A stretch of DNA of 64,000 bases, from contig CM000152.2 in assembly GCA_000004695.1 (NCBI GenBank), positions 1,280,001 to 1,344,000 on the forward strand, read 5' to 3'. Both the position numbers and the translations under genes were made by a program. The notes below the pieces were generated by a model. It did no database searches. It worked only from the letters and a program-made list of their open reading frames with translations, and had not been told where the DNA came from. This stretch comes from Dictyostelium discoideum (lineage: Eukaryota). Each line of letters starts with the position of its first letter. Within the stretch, counting starts at the first letter, position 1. Below are positions 1 through 15,783 of the stretch, piece by piece.

Positions 1-509
1 CCTCTTTTCAACATCTGTCATTGGATAATGTAATTGTTTAAATCCTTCATAATTATTATCATTTTTCAACGTTATTCTACTTCTAATTGATAAATATGGT
101 TTAATCATAGTACCACTTTTTATTAAATAATTTCTATCAAGTCTAAATTAATTATAATAATAAAATAATAAAATAATAAAATTTAAATATATAAATTTTT
201 TTTTTTTTTTTTTTTTTCTTTTTTTTTTTAACAAACTTACAATTTCGTTTTATCATTACTACGAATATTTGTTGATTTAATTATATTCATTTTTAATTTA
301 TTTAATTCTTTATTATTTGTAATTGATTTAATTTTCATTGGATCATTTTGTGGAAATCCAAATAATTGTCTATAATTTGCAATTGTTTGTGAAAGATAAT
401 TTAATTTCGATATTTCTGATTTCTATATTATTATTATTGTTGTTGGTGTTGTTGGTGTTGGTGTTGTTGTAGTTTTAGTTTTAGTTTATATTAGTAAATG
501 GAAATGTAT

Positions 510-548
<39 letters not shown>

Positions 549-1169
549 ATTTATATATTCTTACATCTTCTAAACAATCATCTTCTTCATGAATATTATC
601 AATTTGATCAAATTGTGATGACATATATAATAATGAATCTTTATATAATTGATCATGCCTTGAAAATAGATGAGTATATTCCCTTGGAAATGGTATGAAA
701 ACTTTCAATTTGGGCATCCTCTTTTTAATTTTACTTTTACTATTACTATTACTATTGCCATTACTATGACTATTATCGCTACTTGTATAATTATTATTAT
801 TATTATTATTTATGCCATTTGATGTTATTTTATTGTTGTTATTTTGAAAATCCTTTTCATTTAAAGAATATTCTGTCATAATATAATTGTTTAATGCAAA
901 TGTATCATTTCTAAATTAATTTCAAATCATGTATCACAGGGTTAGAAAATAATAATGCTAATAATAATGCTAATAATAATAATAACAATAATATTAATGA
1001 TATAACTTACGAGTTTAATAGGGAATTTATCTTTTTAAACTTAGAAAGAAAGTTAGTTCTTGAAATTGTAGGGCAAATTTTATTTGTTGATGTCGATGAT
1101 GATGATGATGATGATGATGTTGTTGTTGTTGTTGTTGTCGTTGTCGCTGGTGTTGTTGTTGTAGTGTGC

Positions 1170-1235
<66 letters not shown>

Positions 1236-1388
1236 AGAAGTTGTTGTTGTTGCTGTTGAAGTAACTGTTGATTTATATGCTGCTGAAGTTGTGGTGATTT
1301 TTGTTGTTGTGGAAGTTTGGTAAGAGTTGTTTTTTGTTTTTTTGTTGGTTGTTGTGATGTTTGTTGAACAGAGTTTGATGATGATGAC

Positions 1389-1433
<45 letters not shown>

Positions 1434-1570
1434 TGTTGGTGGTTGTGGTGGTGATGGTGGTGTTGTTGAGGAGTTTGTGTTTGCTGTGGTGGTTGAGAAA
1501 TTGTTGGTTGTGATTGGAGATGGGATTGAATTGTTGTTTGTTTAAGTTGTTGTTGGTTGGTTGTGTTCAT
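1..1570 (-). CDS. 5' portion of a Q/N/S/H-rich low-complexity protein gene, function unknown. Exons about 1011..1570, 565..910, 241..422 and <1..142; the 3' end lies off-window.
   Basis: ORFs 1007..1570 and 481..879 join in frame through GTAAGT donors (at 1010 and 564) and YAG acceptors. Intron 2 contains a (TA)15 tract. Exons 241..422 and <1..142 read as clean coding sequence (KSEISKLNYLSQTIANYRQLFGFPQNDPMK; LLDRNYLIKSGTMIKPYLSIRSR...) and stay in frame to the window edge. No family recognised. Confidence 0.45.
515..545. repeat. (TA)15 dinucleotide microsatellite inside intron 2 of the first gene
   Basis: Uninterrupted tatata run seen directly. ORFs on both strands through it (poly IY) are artefacts. 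Confidence 0.9.
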
Positions 1571-1639
1571 TTTATCTTATAAAATTATATTTTATTATTA
1601 TTTATATTGTGTTTATTTTTTAGTTTTAATTTATTTACA

Positions 1640-1694
<55 letters not shown>

Positions 1695-1842
1695 TTTTAT
1701 AATTTATCGATTCTCCATTGAATTCACTAACACGAAACTGAAAAATAAAAAAAAAATAAAAAATAAAATTTAAAAAAATAAAAAAAAAAAGGATTTATTC
1801 TAAATAATTTTTCCCGCCTTTTATTGTGAGCAAAGATCTTTT

Positions 1843-1873
<31 letters not shown>

Positions 1874-2090
1874 CATATATTGCATATTCTGGCTAAGGTT
1901 AAATTTAATCGATAAGCATATTTAAGATCTAAAAAAATACAAAAAAAACAATGTTTTAGATTTATTGGACTTGTTTTTTTTTTTTTTTTTTAAAAATATA
2001 TTTACCTTTTTTGAACTAATTAATTACTTGGAGTAAATTTAAAAATATATATTTAATTGCTCCTTGGGTGATTTCAGAAAAAAAAAATTA

Positions 2091-2132
<42 letters not shown>

Positions 2133-2300
2133 TATTAATATTCACATGTATTAAAAAAAAATAAAAAAAAAATGAAAATAAAAAAAATTTAAATTTAAAT
2201 TTAAACACCTCATTACAAATTAAAAAAAGTTATAAAAAAAAAAAAAATAATAATAAAGACGATTTTCCTATTATTAATAACAAAAATATTGATTTTAAAA

Positions 2301-2690
<390 letters not shown>

Positions 2691-2700
2691 AAAAATAAAC

Positions 2701-2731
<31 letters not shown>

Positions 2732-3258
2732 TAATAATAATAATTTTTGGATAAATATTAACATTAATTAATAGTGTTTCCAACTTTTCATAAATTTTTT
2801 TTGATACTGAAAATATTTCAATATTAATCCTAATGTTTCAACATATTTATTATTATTATTTTATTTTATTTTATTTATTTATTTATTTATTTATAAAAGG
2901 TTACAAATAATATCCTCATAAAAATTGGAATTATTGAAATAACTAATTAAAGAAGTTCAGTGAAAATAAAAATAAAAATAAAAATAAAAATAAAAATAAA
3001 AAATAAAAAATAAAAACAGAATTTTAAAATAAAAAAATAAATATAAAATAAAATTTAAGAATAATAATAATAATAATAATAATAAAGTTTTTACAATAAA
3101 AATGTATTAAATAAATAAGAATTCAAATCAAGACTCATTTTCAAAGTAAATTCCTTTCTATATTTAAAAAAAAAATGAAAAATAAAAAAAAAAAAAAAAA
3201 AATTTTTGGATTTTTATCCAAAAATTTCAAATAAATTGTTGCAACCCAATTTTTTTTT

Positions 3259-3296
<38 letters not shown>

Positions 3297-3398
3297 CATA
3301 TATTGCAACCCACTTCAAAATTTTTTTTTTTTTTTTATTTTTCATTAATTTTTGTATTTATATATTTATTTATTTATATAAATAAACTACACATTATA

Positions 3399-3526
3399 AT
3401 GTCTGTAACTTTAAGTATGTTTTTTTTTTTAATTAATTAATTTCTAAAATAGATTTCTTCTTTTTTTTATTATTAAATTTTTGTCCTAAGAATGAAAAAA
3501 AAAAAAAAAAAAAAAAATAAAGATAT

Positions 3527-3562
<36 letters not shown>

Positions 3563-5516
3563 ATTATTTTTTTATTAACAATAATTTTTATTTTTTATTT
3601 TTTTTTTTAAAATAATTAAAATTATATATTATTATATTTAAATATATTTAAATTCAATCAACTTAAATAATTATATATAATTAAAAAAAAATGATCAAAT
3701 TTAATATTTTAAAACCAATTGAAATTGAAAAATTAAAGAAAATATTATTGCACCAACACCAGCAACTACTCGTGGTAAATCAGTAGCAATTAATGGTGAC
3801 CCAAAGGGTGAAAATATTGTATATGCAAGTGGTAGCAGTATTATTATTAGAAATGTAAAGAATCCAATGGTAGCAGATATTTACTATGAACATCCATGTC
3901 AAACCACTGTTGCAAAGTATGCACCAAGTGGTAATTATATTGCAAGTGGTGATGTTCAAGGTAATTTACGTATTTGGGATACATTACAAAAGGAACATAT
4001 CTTAAAAGCAACTTACAAAGTATTGAATGGTGCAATCCTTGATATTGCATGGACATCAGATAATCAACGTTTAGTTGTAGTTGGTGATGGTAAAGAGAGA
4101 TTTGGTGCAGCCATCCTTTGGGATAGTGGTTCATCATGTGGTGAAATCACTGGTCACTCAAAGATGATTCTCTCTTGTGACATTAAATCAACTCGTCCAT
4201 TCAGAGCCGCCACTGGTAGTGAAGATTTTGCAGTCAATTGGTTCGAAGGTCCACCATTCAAATTCCAAAAGAATATTGCCGCCGGTGATTTCACTCGTTT
4301 CGTAAATTGTGTTAGATTCTCACCAGATGGAAACAAATTAGTAACTGTTGGTGCCGATAAGAAAGCCTTTGTTTATGATGGTAAAACCGGTGAGAAATTA
4401 ATTGAACTTAACCCAGCCCAACAACATACTGGTGGTATTTATGGTTGCAGTTGGTCCGCTGATAACAATCGTGTTCTTACCGCCTCTGCCGATAAATCCT
4501 GTAAAATTTGGGATACCACCACTGGTCAATGTATAAATAGCTTCACCTTTGGTAGTGATGTTAATGATCAACAATTGGGTTGCCTCTGGTTTGGTGATTC
4601 TTTACTCTCTGTAAATTTAGCTGGTGAAATCTCAACACTCAATTTGGACGATGTTGCCAAACCATCACGTGTCATCAAAGGTCACAATAAATTAGTTGGT
4701 ACTATTGCTTTCGATAAAAACGCTGGTTCACTCTATTCCGCCTCTTATGATGCTTCACTCTTACAATGGGATCTTTCAACTGGTCTCGCCACCAATTTCA
4801 CTGGTCCAGCTCACAAGAATCAAATTACCTCAATTAAAATCAATGGTGATCAACTCATTACTTGCGCTATGGATGATAGTGTTAAAATCTCAAGTATCTC
4901 TAAAAAAACCTATGGTGAAAGTATTGGTGTAGATAGTCCAGCTCAAGCTGTTGCTTTCTCTGGTGATGTTGTCGTTGCTGTCTCAATGAAAACCATTTAT
5001 GTCATTAAAGGTGGTAAAATCGTTTCACAAACTGCTGCCACTTGGGAACCAACCTCTGTTGCCATCAATGATACTGAAGTTTCAGTCGGTGGTAAAGATA
5101 ACAAGATTCACGTTTTCACTCTCAGTGGTAACAATTTAACTGCCAGTCATACTTTAGATAATCATCGTGGTGCTATTACCGATCTTTCATACTCACCATG
5201 TGGTAAATATTTAGCTTCAGGTTGTTCAAATCGTGAAGTTATCGTTTGGAGTGGTAAAGAAGCCAAATCTAAAGGTTGGGTTAACCATACCGCTCGTATT
5301 AATGCTGTCGCTTGGTCTAATGATTCTAAATTTGTTGCCTCTGCTTCACTCGATTCTCAAATTTACATTTGGAATGTTGAAAATCCAACCGCTTCACCAG
5401 TTCAAGTTAAAAACTCTCATTTAGGTGGTGTCAATGATGTTATTTATGGTTCAAACAATGAAATTTTCTCTGCAGGTAATGAAGGTGCTATTAAAATTTG
5501 GAATGTATCAAATTAA
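3399..5516 (+). CDS. wdpA: Actin-interacting protein 1 (Aip1/WDR1), a WD40 repeat protein; exon 1 3399..3414, intron 3415..3738, exon 2 3739..5516 (about 598 aa)
   Basis: The 549 aa ORF aligns along its whole length with WDR1/Aip1 (YAPSGxYIASGDVxGxLRIWDTxQKEH, [18 protein letters not shown], [37 protein letters not shown]). An upstream micro-exon ATGTCTGTAACTTTAA plus a GTATGT donor and an AG acceptor at 3737-3738 give the N-terminus [45 protein letters not shown], in frame with the big ORF. The gene symbol is from memory (Dictyostelium Aip1), not verified. Confidence 0.85.
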
Positions 5517-5621
5517 AAAAAAATTTTAAAATAAAAAAAAAATAAAAAAAAAATAAAACACATATAATAAATTAATTGTACAACAAAAACCCCAACCAAT
5601 ATAAATAAAGATTTTATTTTA

Positions 5622-8868
<3,247 letters not shown>

Positions 8869-9086
8869 TTTTTTTTCTTTTTTTTTTTTTTCTTTTCTTT
8901 TTAGAAGATTTTATAAACGAGGTAATAAATAAAAATAATCTATTTTTTTTTTTTTTTTTTTTAAAAAAAGTTCGTTTTTTAAGTTTTTTTATTTTTTATT
9001 ATTTTTTGTTTTTTTTTTTTTAATATCACAAAAACGAAGAGTATTTTTTACTGAATTTTTTTTTTTTTATTTTTTTATTTTAAAAA

Positions 9087-9795
9087 ATGGATAATAATAA
9101 TAGTTTTGATTTGTTTAATTTATTTAAGGATGTTGATAATTTAACTATTATTAAATCAAAAGAAGGTGAAGAAAAGATAACAACTCAATTTATACCACCA
9201 AATCATTTTATTCCTTCACATGATGGTTTAATTTTAAAAAATGATGCAACAGCAATAGAATTTCCAGATGAATTACCTCCAAATTCATTAGATTGTTCAG
9301 TATTTTTAAGAAAATTTATGGGTTGTCATTGTAAATATATAATATTATATATTTTTTTTTATATTGTTTAGAAAAAAAAAAAAAAAAAAAAAAAAAAATA
9401 TTTAACATAATTTTTTATTAGCACCAAGTGGATTTTTACAAGGATTATATATGTATGGTGAAAATAGGTGTAAACAAGAAGATCAAAATTTATACAATTG
9501 CTATCAAATTCAATTTTCCTCTTCAAGAGAATCTAGAAATAATAAAATGGATGAAATTTTAAAGAAAAAAATTGAAAAAGAGAATGAATTTTATAAAGAT
9601 CATGTTTGGAAAAGAAGAACACCATTGCTATTTAAAACACATAAAGAAAGAGAACAAGAAAATTATTTAAATGATAAAATTTTAAAATCAAATGTAGATA
9701 ATCAATTATTTGGATATAGTAAAGAATTATTTGAATTTTTATCAGATGAAAAAAATTCAAATAGAATCTCTGAAATTAAAATTTACCAAGTTTAA
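9087..9795 (+). CDS. twin Cx9C (CHCH-domain) protein, probably in the mitochondrial intermembrane space; exons 9087..9330 and 9422..9795 (about 205 aa)
   Basis: ORF 9087..9371 ends at CAT T|GTAAAT (phase 1). The acceptor ttattag|CA at 9420-9421 joins ORF 9451..9795 in frame. The joined protein contains C-SVFLRKFMG-C and C-KQEDQNLYN-C, two Cx9C motifs spaced as in CHCH proteins. The rest is K/E-rich. Confidence 0.5.
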
Positions 9796-10735
9796 AATTT
9801 ATTATTATTATTTTTTTTTTTTTTTTTTGGTTTTTATTTTTTTTATTTTGTTTTTATTTTGTTTTATTTTTTTTTTTTTTTTTCTAAACAATAATAAAAT
9901 AATAATTATTTAATTTTTTTAATTTTAAAATAATAAAAGAATAATAATAATTTAATTTAATTTAATTTTTTTTTTTTCTTGTTTAGAAATTTAATAAAAA
10001 ATAAAAAAAAAAAAAAATGTAAAAACAAATTTTTTTTTTTTGATTACTAATTATACATGTACCAAATAAAGGAATTATTATTTTTTTTTAAAAAAAAAAA
10101 CAAAAAAAAAAAAAAAGATATGAAAAAAAAAATAATTTAATTTAAAAAAATAAAAAAAAAAAAATAAAAAAAATAAAAATTTTTTTTTTTTATTTTTTTA
10201 AAAATTAAAATTTCACTGTGCGCGAGTGTCATTGTTAAGAGAGTTTTGTGGTTTTTTAATTTTTTTTTTTAATTAGTTACCACACACACAAATTCAAACA
10301 CGTACACATCATAAAATTTTTTTTTTTTAAAAAAAAAAACTTAATGATAGCTTTAAAAAAATAATAATAATAATAAAAATAATAATAATAATACAAGGAA
10401 ACCAATAATATTAAAATTGTATCATTAACACAAACTTGTCAATTTTAATACATACACATACACACATAATATTTAATACAAAAAACATTTTATTTATTAA
10501 TTAATTAATTTATTTATTTTTTTATCTTTTAAAGGAATAATAAATATAAAAAAAAAAAAAAAATAAAAAAAAAAAAAAAAAAGGTTAAAAAAAAAAAAAA
10601 GATTCATAAAAACTTTTTTTCTTTATATATTTTTCAAAAACGAGACGTCTTATAAATAAATCTTCAACCGATTTGGTTGATGATCAAGGTAGAAATAGAG
10701 GTTTTTTACAACAACCATCAGATATCCTAACAGAA

Positions 10736-11623
10736 ATGTCAAAATATTTTAAATATATATCTGAAAAAGGTATTACAAATTTAGCAAATTATCATTACTC
10801 TGGTGTTGATAATTCATTTTGTGGTAATAAATTTTTAAAACATTGGTGGAATTATTGCGTTAATTTCACCCCACTTTGGTTGGCGTAAGTTTTTTAAATT
10901 ATTAGCAAATATAATAATAATATCATACATATGTAAAATATTATCCATTCAACTTTAATCAATTATTAATAATTTATTAAAAGACCAAATATTATAACAT
11001 TAGTAGGTTTATTATGTAATATTGGAATGTATTTGATTATGTATGTTCATTGTCCAACATTAACCGAAGAAGCTCCAAGATGGTGTTATTTTGCTGTTGC
11101 ATTTTTAATTTTTGCCTATCAAACATTGGATAATGTTGATGGTAAACAAGCAAGAAAAACAAAATCATCCTCACCATTGGGTGAATTATTTGACCATGTT
11201 TGTGATGCTTTAAGTGTTGCTGTAAGTAAAAAATAAAAATTAATAAAAAATAATAAAAAAATAAAAAATAAATATAGATTTATTAATTGTAATTAATTCA
11301 TTTAGATGTTTGCAATTGTAATGTCAGCAACATTAAGAATTGGACCATATTGGACATTTTTTAGTTTTATAGTTGGAATGTGGCCATTCTATTTAGCACA
11401 TTGGGAGGAATATCATGCAGGTATTTTGGTGATGGGTGAATTTAATGGTCCAACCGAAGCTCAAGTTTTATTCATGATCATTGAAATCATTACAGGTATT
11501 TTTGGTTCCGATATTTGGACATATGGCACTTCAACTACAGTTGGTAAGATTGCAACTGTTTTCGTTTCAATTGGTGCTGTTGTAACATGTTTACAAAAGT
11601 ATATATTATTTATTTATTTTTTG

Positions 11624-11662
<39 letters not shown>

Positions 11663-11672
11663 TTGCTTATTT

Positions 11673-11761
<89 letters not shown>

Positions 11762-12064
11762 CTTTTATATAGCTTTACAAATACATATAAATTAGAGAAT
11801 AGAATGACATTTGGTAAATGTTTATTACAATTAACTCCAATTTGTTTATTCACTGCATTAATTGTTATTTGGGCATCAGTATCAAATTTAATAACAGAAC
11901 AACCACACCTTTTCATTATGACACTTGGTATCTTATTTGGATACATTCAATCTAGATATATCACTCAAAGAGTTTGTCATGATGATTGTTCTTTATTCTA
12001 CCCAATTTTCGTTCCAATCATCATTGTAGTTTTAAATTCAATTTTGGCTTCTTCAGAGTAAATA

Positions 12065-12133
<69 letters not shown>

Positions 12134-12456
12134 AAAGTAATTCTTTTAAATACTAACATTACCTACAACATCATAATTAATATTAATTTAGTGTTCATTT
12201 GGTTAGTGAAACTGTTGCACTTTGGATTTTATTCTCAATTGCATGTGCTCAATTTTTATTATTTTCATACTTTACCACTCAACAATTGTGTGACCACTTG
12301 AAGATTAAAGTATTTACAATTCCATATCCATCGAATAGTGGTATTGGTCCTTCCCAAGAGTATGAAAATTCACTTTTATCTCAAATGGAGGAGGGTTCAA
12401 GTTCCATCGGTAATAGTACTGATGATATTAATCCAAGTGAAATTGAAGAAATTTAG
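10736..12456 (+). CDS. Choline/ethanolamine phosphotransferase (CDP-alcohol phosphotransferase, CEPT1/CPT1/EPT1 family); 5 exons 10736..10884, 10984..11221, 11306..11598, 11773..12057, 12192..12456 (about 409 aa)
   Basis: Five consecutive + strand ORFs align co-linearly with human CEPT1: [10 protein letters not shown], the catalytic DG(x2)AR(x8)G(x3)D(x3)D motif in [28 protein letters not shown], WxEYHAG, and C-terminal [22 protein letters not shown]...HLKIKVF. All junctions use GTAAGT, GTATAT or GTAAAT donors and AG acceptors with matching phases. Confidence 0.85.
11599..11772 (+). repeat. CEPT intron 3, dominated by an A(about 35) tract followed by a near-uninterrupted T(about 90) tract
   Basis: Seen directly at 11625..11760. 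ORFs 11587..11772 (+) and 11671..11946 (-) are poly-K/poly-F artefacts. Confidence 0.85.
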
Positions 12457-12766
12457 AAAAAAAAAAAAAAAAAAAAAAACTAAATCGATATATTAATATA
12501 TAAACTTAGTAACAATAAAATCAAAAACCATAAAAATATACATCCAAACCGATAAAAAAAAAAAATAATAATAATTTTAAAAACATAATAAATAGAAAAA
12601 AAAAAAAAAGAGTAATTACTTTTTTATTTTTAAAAAACAAAACTCCCATTATTTTAAAGTTTATTAAAAATTTTGGATCATTTATTACAATATTTAATAA
12701 TTAAAAGAGACAGTTGTTGGTTGGTTTCTGAAGAACTTTTTTTTTTTTTTTATCCAAACTTTTCCA

Positions 12767-13364
12767 TTAATTTCCAGTGGATTCTTTCATAAATGTAATT
12801 AATGATTTTATTACAAATATTATATTTATATTTTTCTCTTTTAAAATTGATAGATTTGGTTCAATATATAATTTTGATTTATTTTGAAGTAATTTTATAT
12901 TTAAAATTGAAAGATGATGAATATGGTTATTTTTATTATTAATAATATTTAAAAATTGATCATTTATTGGTAAATGTTTATTTAAAGATTGTTCAATATT
13001 TAAATCAAATACCCATAAATCTTTTAAAGAGTTTGAATTTGAAATTGAATAAATTATAGAATTTATAAATAAAATTAATTTAAAATCAATTGAAAATTGT
13101 TTAGAGTTTAAAATTACTTGTAATATTAAAACATTTTTTAAATTTAATGAATATTCAATTAAATAATTTATATTTGAAATTACAAATTGTTTATCATTTT
13201 CAATAAAGTAACATAACCTTGTAAAATCAAATTGCGAAATTAAATTATTTACAACAGATGTAGGTAATGATGATAGTGAAATATTTAAATTATAAATCAT
13301 ATAATTTAATATTGAATAATTTGATGATTTAAAAATTCTAATTAACTCATTTTTATCTATTGAT

Positions 13365-13447
<83 letters not shown>

Positions 13448-13459
13448 TGAATGGTTTCG

Positions 13460-13552
<93 letters not shown>

Positions 13553-15484
13553 TTGTTGAAATATTAAAACATCTTGATATATATCTTTTATTTCACCAAT
13601 TGAAGGATATATTGGTTGTGTTAAGATTATATGATAACAATTAATTTGATTAAAAACATGATGATATTTTGATACAAATTTAATATGACCTTTTGAATTG
13701 ATATCTCCTCTAGAAAGTTCAAATAAATAATTTATTTTGAAAAAAACATATTTTGAAATTGATTGTGTAATTTCATTTATTGGATTCAATTCATAATTTA
13801 CAAAATATTGAAAAATTTGAAAATGATCAAAGGTAGGATACTCTTTAGATAAATAACTTTCACATCTATCGTTTCTAATATTTTCTAATAAGATTTTTGT
13901 TTTTGGTTTAACTTTTTCCATTAAATATTTTACAATATCAAAATAACCATTAAGAATTGAACTTTGAAATAAAGGTTGGCAAAATGAGTTGTGATTTGAT
14001 TTTGAAACTTTTTCATATAATTTAATTGAATTTAAATCCCCAAAGAATGCTTTTTTACAACTTCTAAAATGTAAATCCATAGAGGCAATTTTTGAACAAT
14101 AACGATTATCACTAACTAGATATTCTAAAATTTCATATTTAGTTTCATAACATTCTATTGGCATTTCCCATTTTATAAGAATTTCTTTTGGAGAATTTTT
14201 TAAAAAATAATTCAAATACTCTAAATCAAATGACATTAAACAACAATATTCTGCAACTCTATTAAATAATAATAAAACTTTTGATATATTATTGAACAGA
14301 AATTCAAGTTCATTTTCAATTAAATATTTAAAATCTTGAAATGATGGTATGAATCTTTTATTTAGAGCAAGTAGTTTGATCATATTATTATTATAATTTA
14401 AATTTTCAAAGGAAATATTATTAAATGTACCACTAAAATTATTAAAATATTCAAGTTTTGATAGATTTGCAACTTTAATATCCTCGCCCAATCTAATTAA
14501 TTCAAATTGATAATTTGACCAAAGAAATTGAAATATTTCCATATTGAAATCAAATTGTTTTAATGGACTTAAAAACAAATTATTTGAACCTATAATTGAA
14601 ACTCTTTCAAATTGGCTATTTTGAATTTTATTAATAGATGGTATCTTTAAATCATTTAAATTATCTTTATTGAATGAATTTTTAAAAAAGCTTATTTCTT
14701 TATTATTATCTACTAAATATTTAGCCAATTCCATATTTGAATAATTAATTGCCAAACTTGATAAAAATAAATAACTATTTATTTGTGAAGAAAATAAAAA
14801 TGGTTTCAATTGAATAAAATAAATTAACAATTGAGTATATTTCATTTTTAATAACCATATTACTAATTCTAAACATTTTTTTAAATCTAAATTACTTTCA
14901 TCATAAAGACAATCATCATAATAATTTAAAAGTGAAATGAAAATTTCCAAATTTCCACCACTATTGAATATTGTTGTTTCTTGAAAGTAAATTGTTTTTT
15001 GAAAAATACCACCACTATCAATTGTTGTTGGTAATTTAAATTGGTTTTTTAATAGAAAATCATAAATTTCAAAATTACCACCTGATGCTGCATATAATAA
15101 TAGAAATTTATTATATTTTCTAAAATGATTTTTACATTGTTTAAAAATTAACTCAAATCTTTTAAATCCCAATTCTTTATATTTTAATAATGTTTTAATA
15201 TCCATTTCTGTTAAATTATTAAATGCATTATAATACCAATATTTTGATTTATCATTTTTAACAACTTTAAAATAATGATCAACATAACTATCAAATATAT
15301 TAAACATTCCATTTGATAACATTATTTCAATTGTTAAATCACTTGTTTTATATGAATTTAAAATTTTATCATAATTTAAATATGATTTATCAATACTAAA
15401 TTGTAAATCTTGATATTTTACATAATAAAAAATTAAATTAAATAAATAATTATTATTAAAAACTTTTTTATATAAATAATACAT
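12767..15484 (-). CDS. large hypothetical protein (about 905 aa) with a Q33 tract followed by an N27 tract; possible degenerate ankyrin-like repeats
   Basis: A single long ORF. The real ATG is the second M (15484); the listed 15490 start is TTG. Repeated LLLYAASGGNFEIYDFLLKN and IFNSGGNLEIFISLLNY segments are the only structure seen. The (GTT)33 and (ATT)n tracts at 13375..13555 encode the Q and N runs on the minus strand. No confident family call. Confidence 0.5.
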
Positions 15485-15783
15485 TTTCAAAATAATATTA
15501 ATAAAATAAAAAAAAAAAAAAAAAAATAATAAAAAAAAAAAAAACCAAAAAAAAAAAAAAAAAAATCATGATATTTTATGAAAAAAGAAGAAAAATATTT
15601 ATTTTTCTTCTTTTTTTCATATTTTTTTCTTTTTTTCTTTTTTTGATTTTTATCTATTTTTTTTATTTTGAGGTAAAGATAATTTATAGCAAAATAAAAA
15701 ATAATAAAAAATATTTATTCAAGACTTGTACAACATAATATATTTATTTTTTTATTTTTTTTTTTTTTAAAAAATTAAAAACT

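Noticed and set aside
498-698. ORF 498..698 (+) MEMYQYIYIYIY...
   Set aside because: It is a translation of the (TA)n microsatellite on the opposite strand of a real intron/exon. It has no coding character.
1327-1545. ORF 1327..1545 (+), poly-M/V
   Set aside because: It is the antisense reading of the CAA/CAT/ACC repeats that encode the poly-Q/H/S tract of the minus-strand gene.
13360-13644. ORF 13360..13644 (+), poly-Y/poly-V
   Set aside because: It is the antisense of the (ATT)n/(GTT)n tracts that encode the N/Q runs of the 12767..15484 minus-strand gene.
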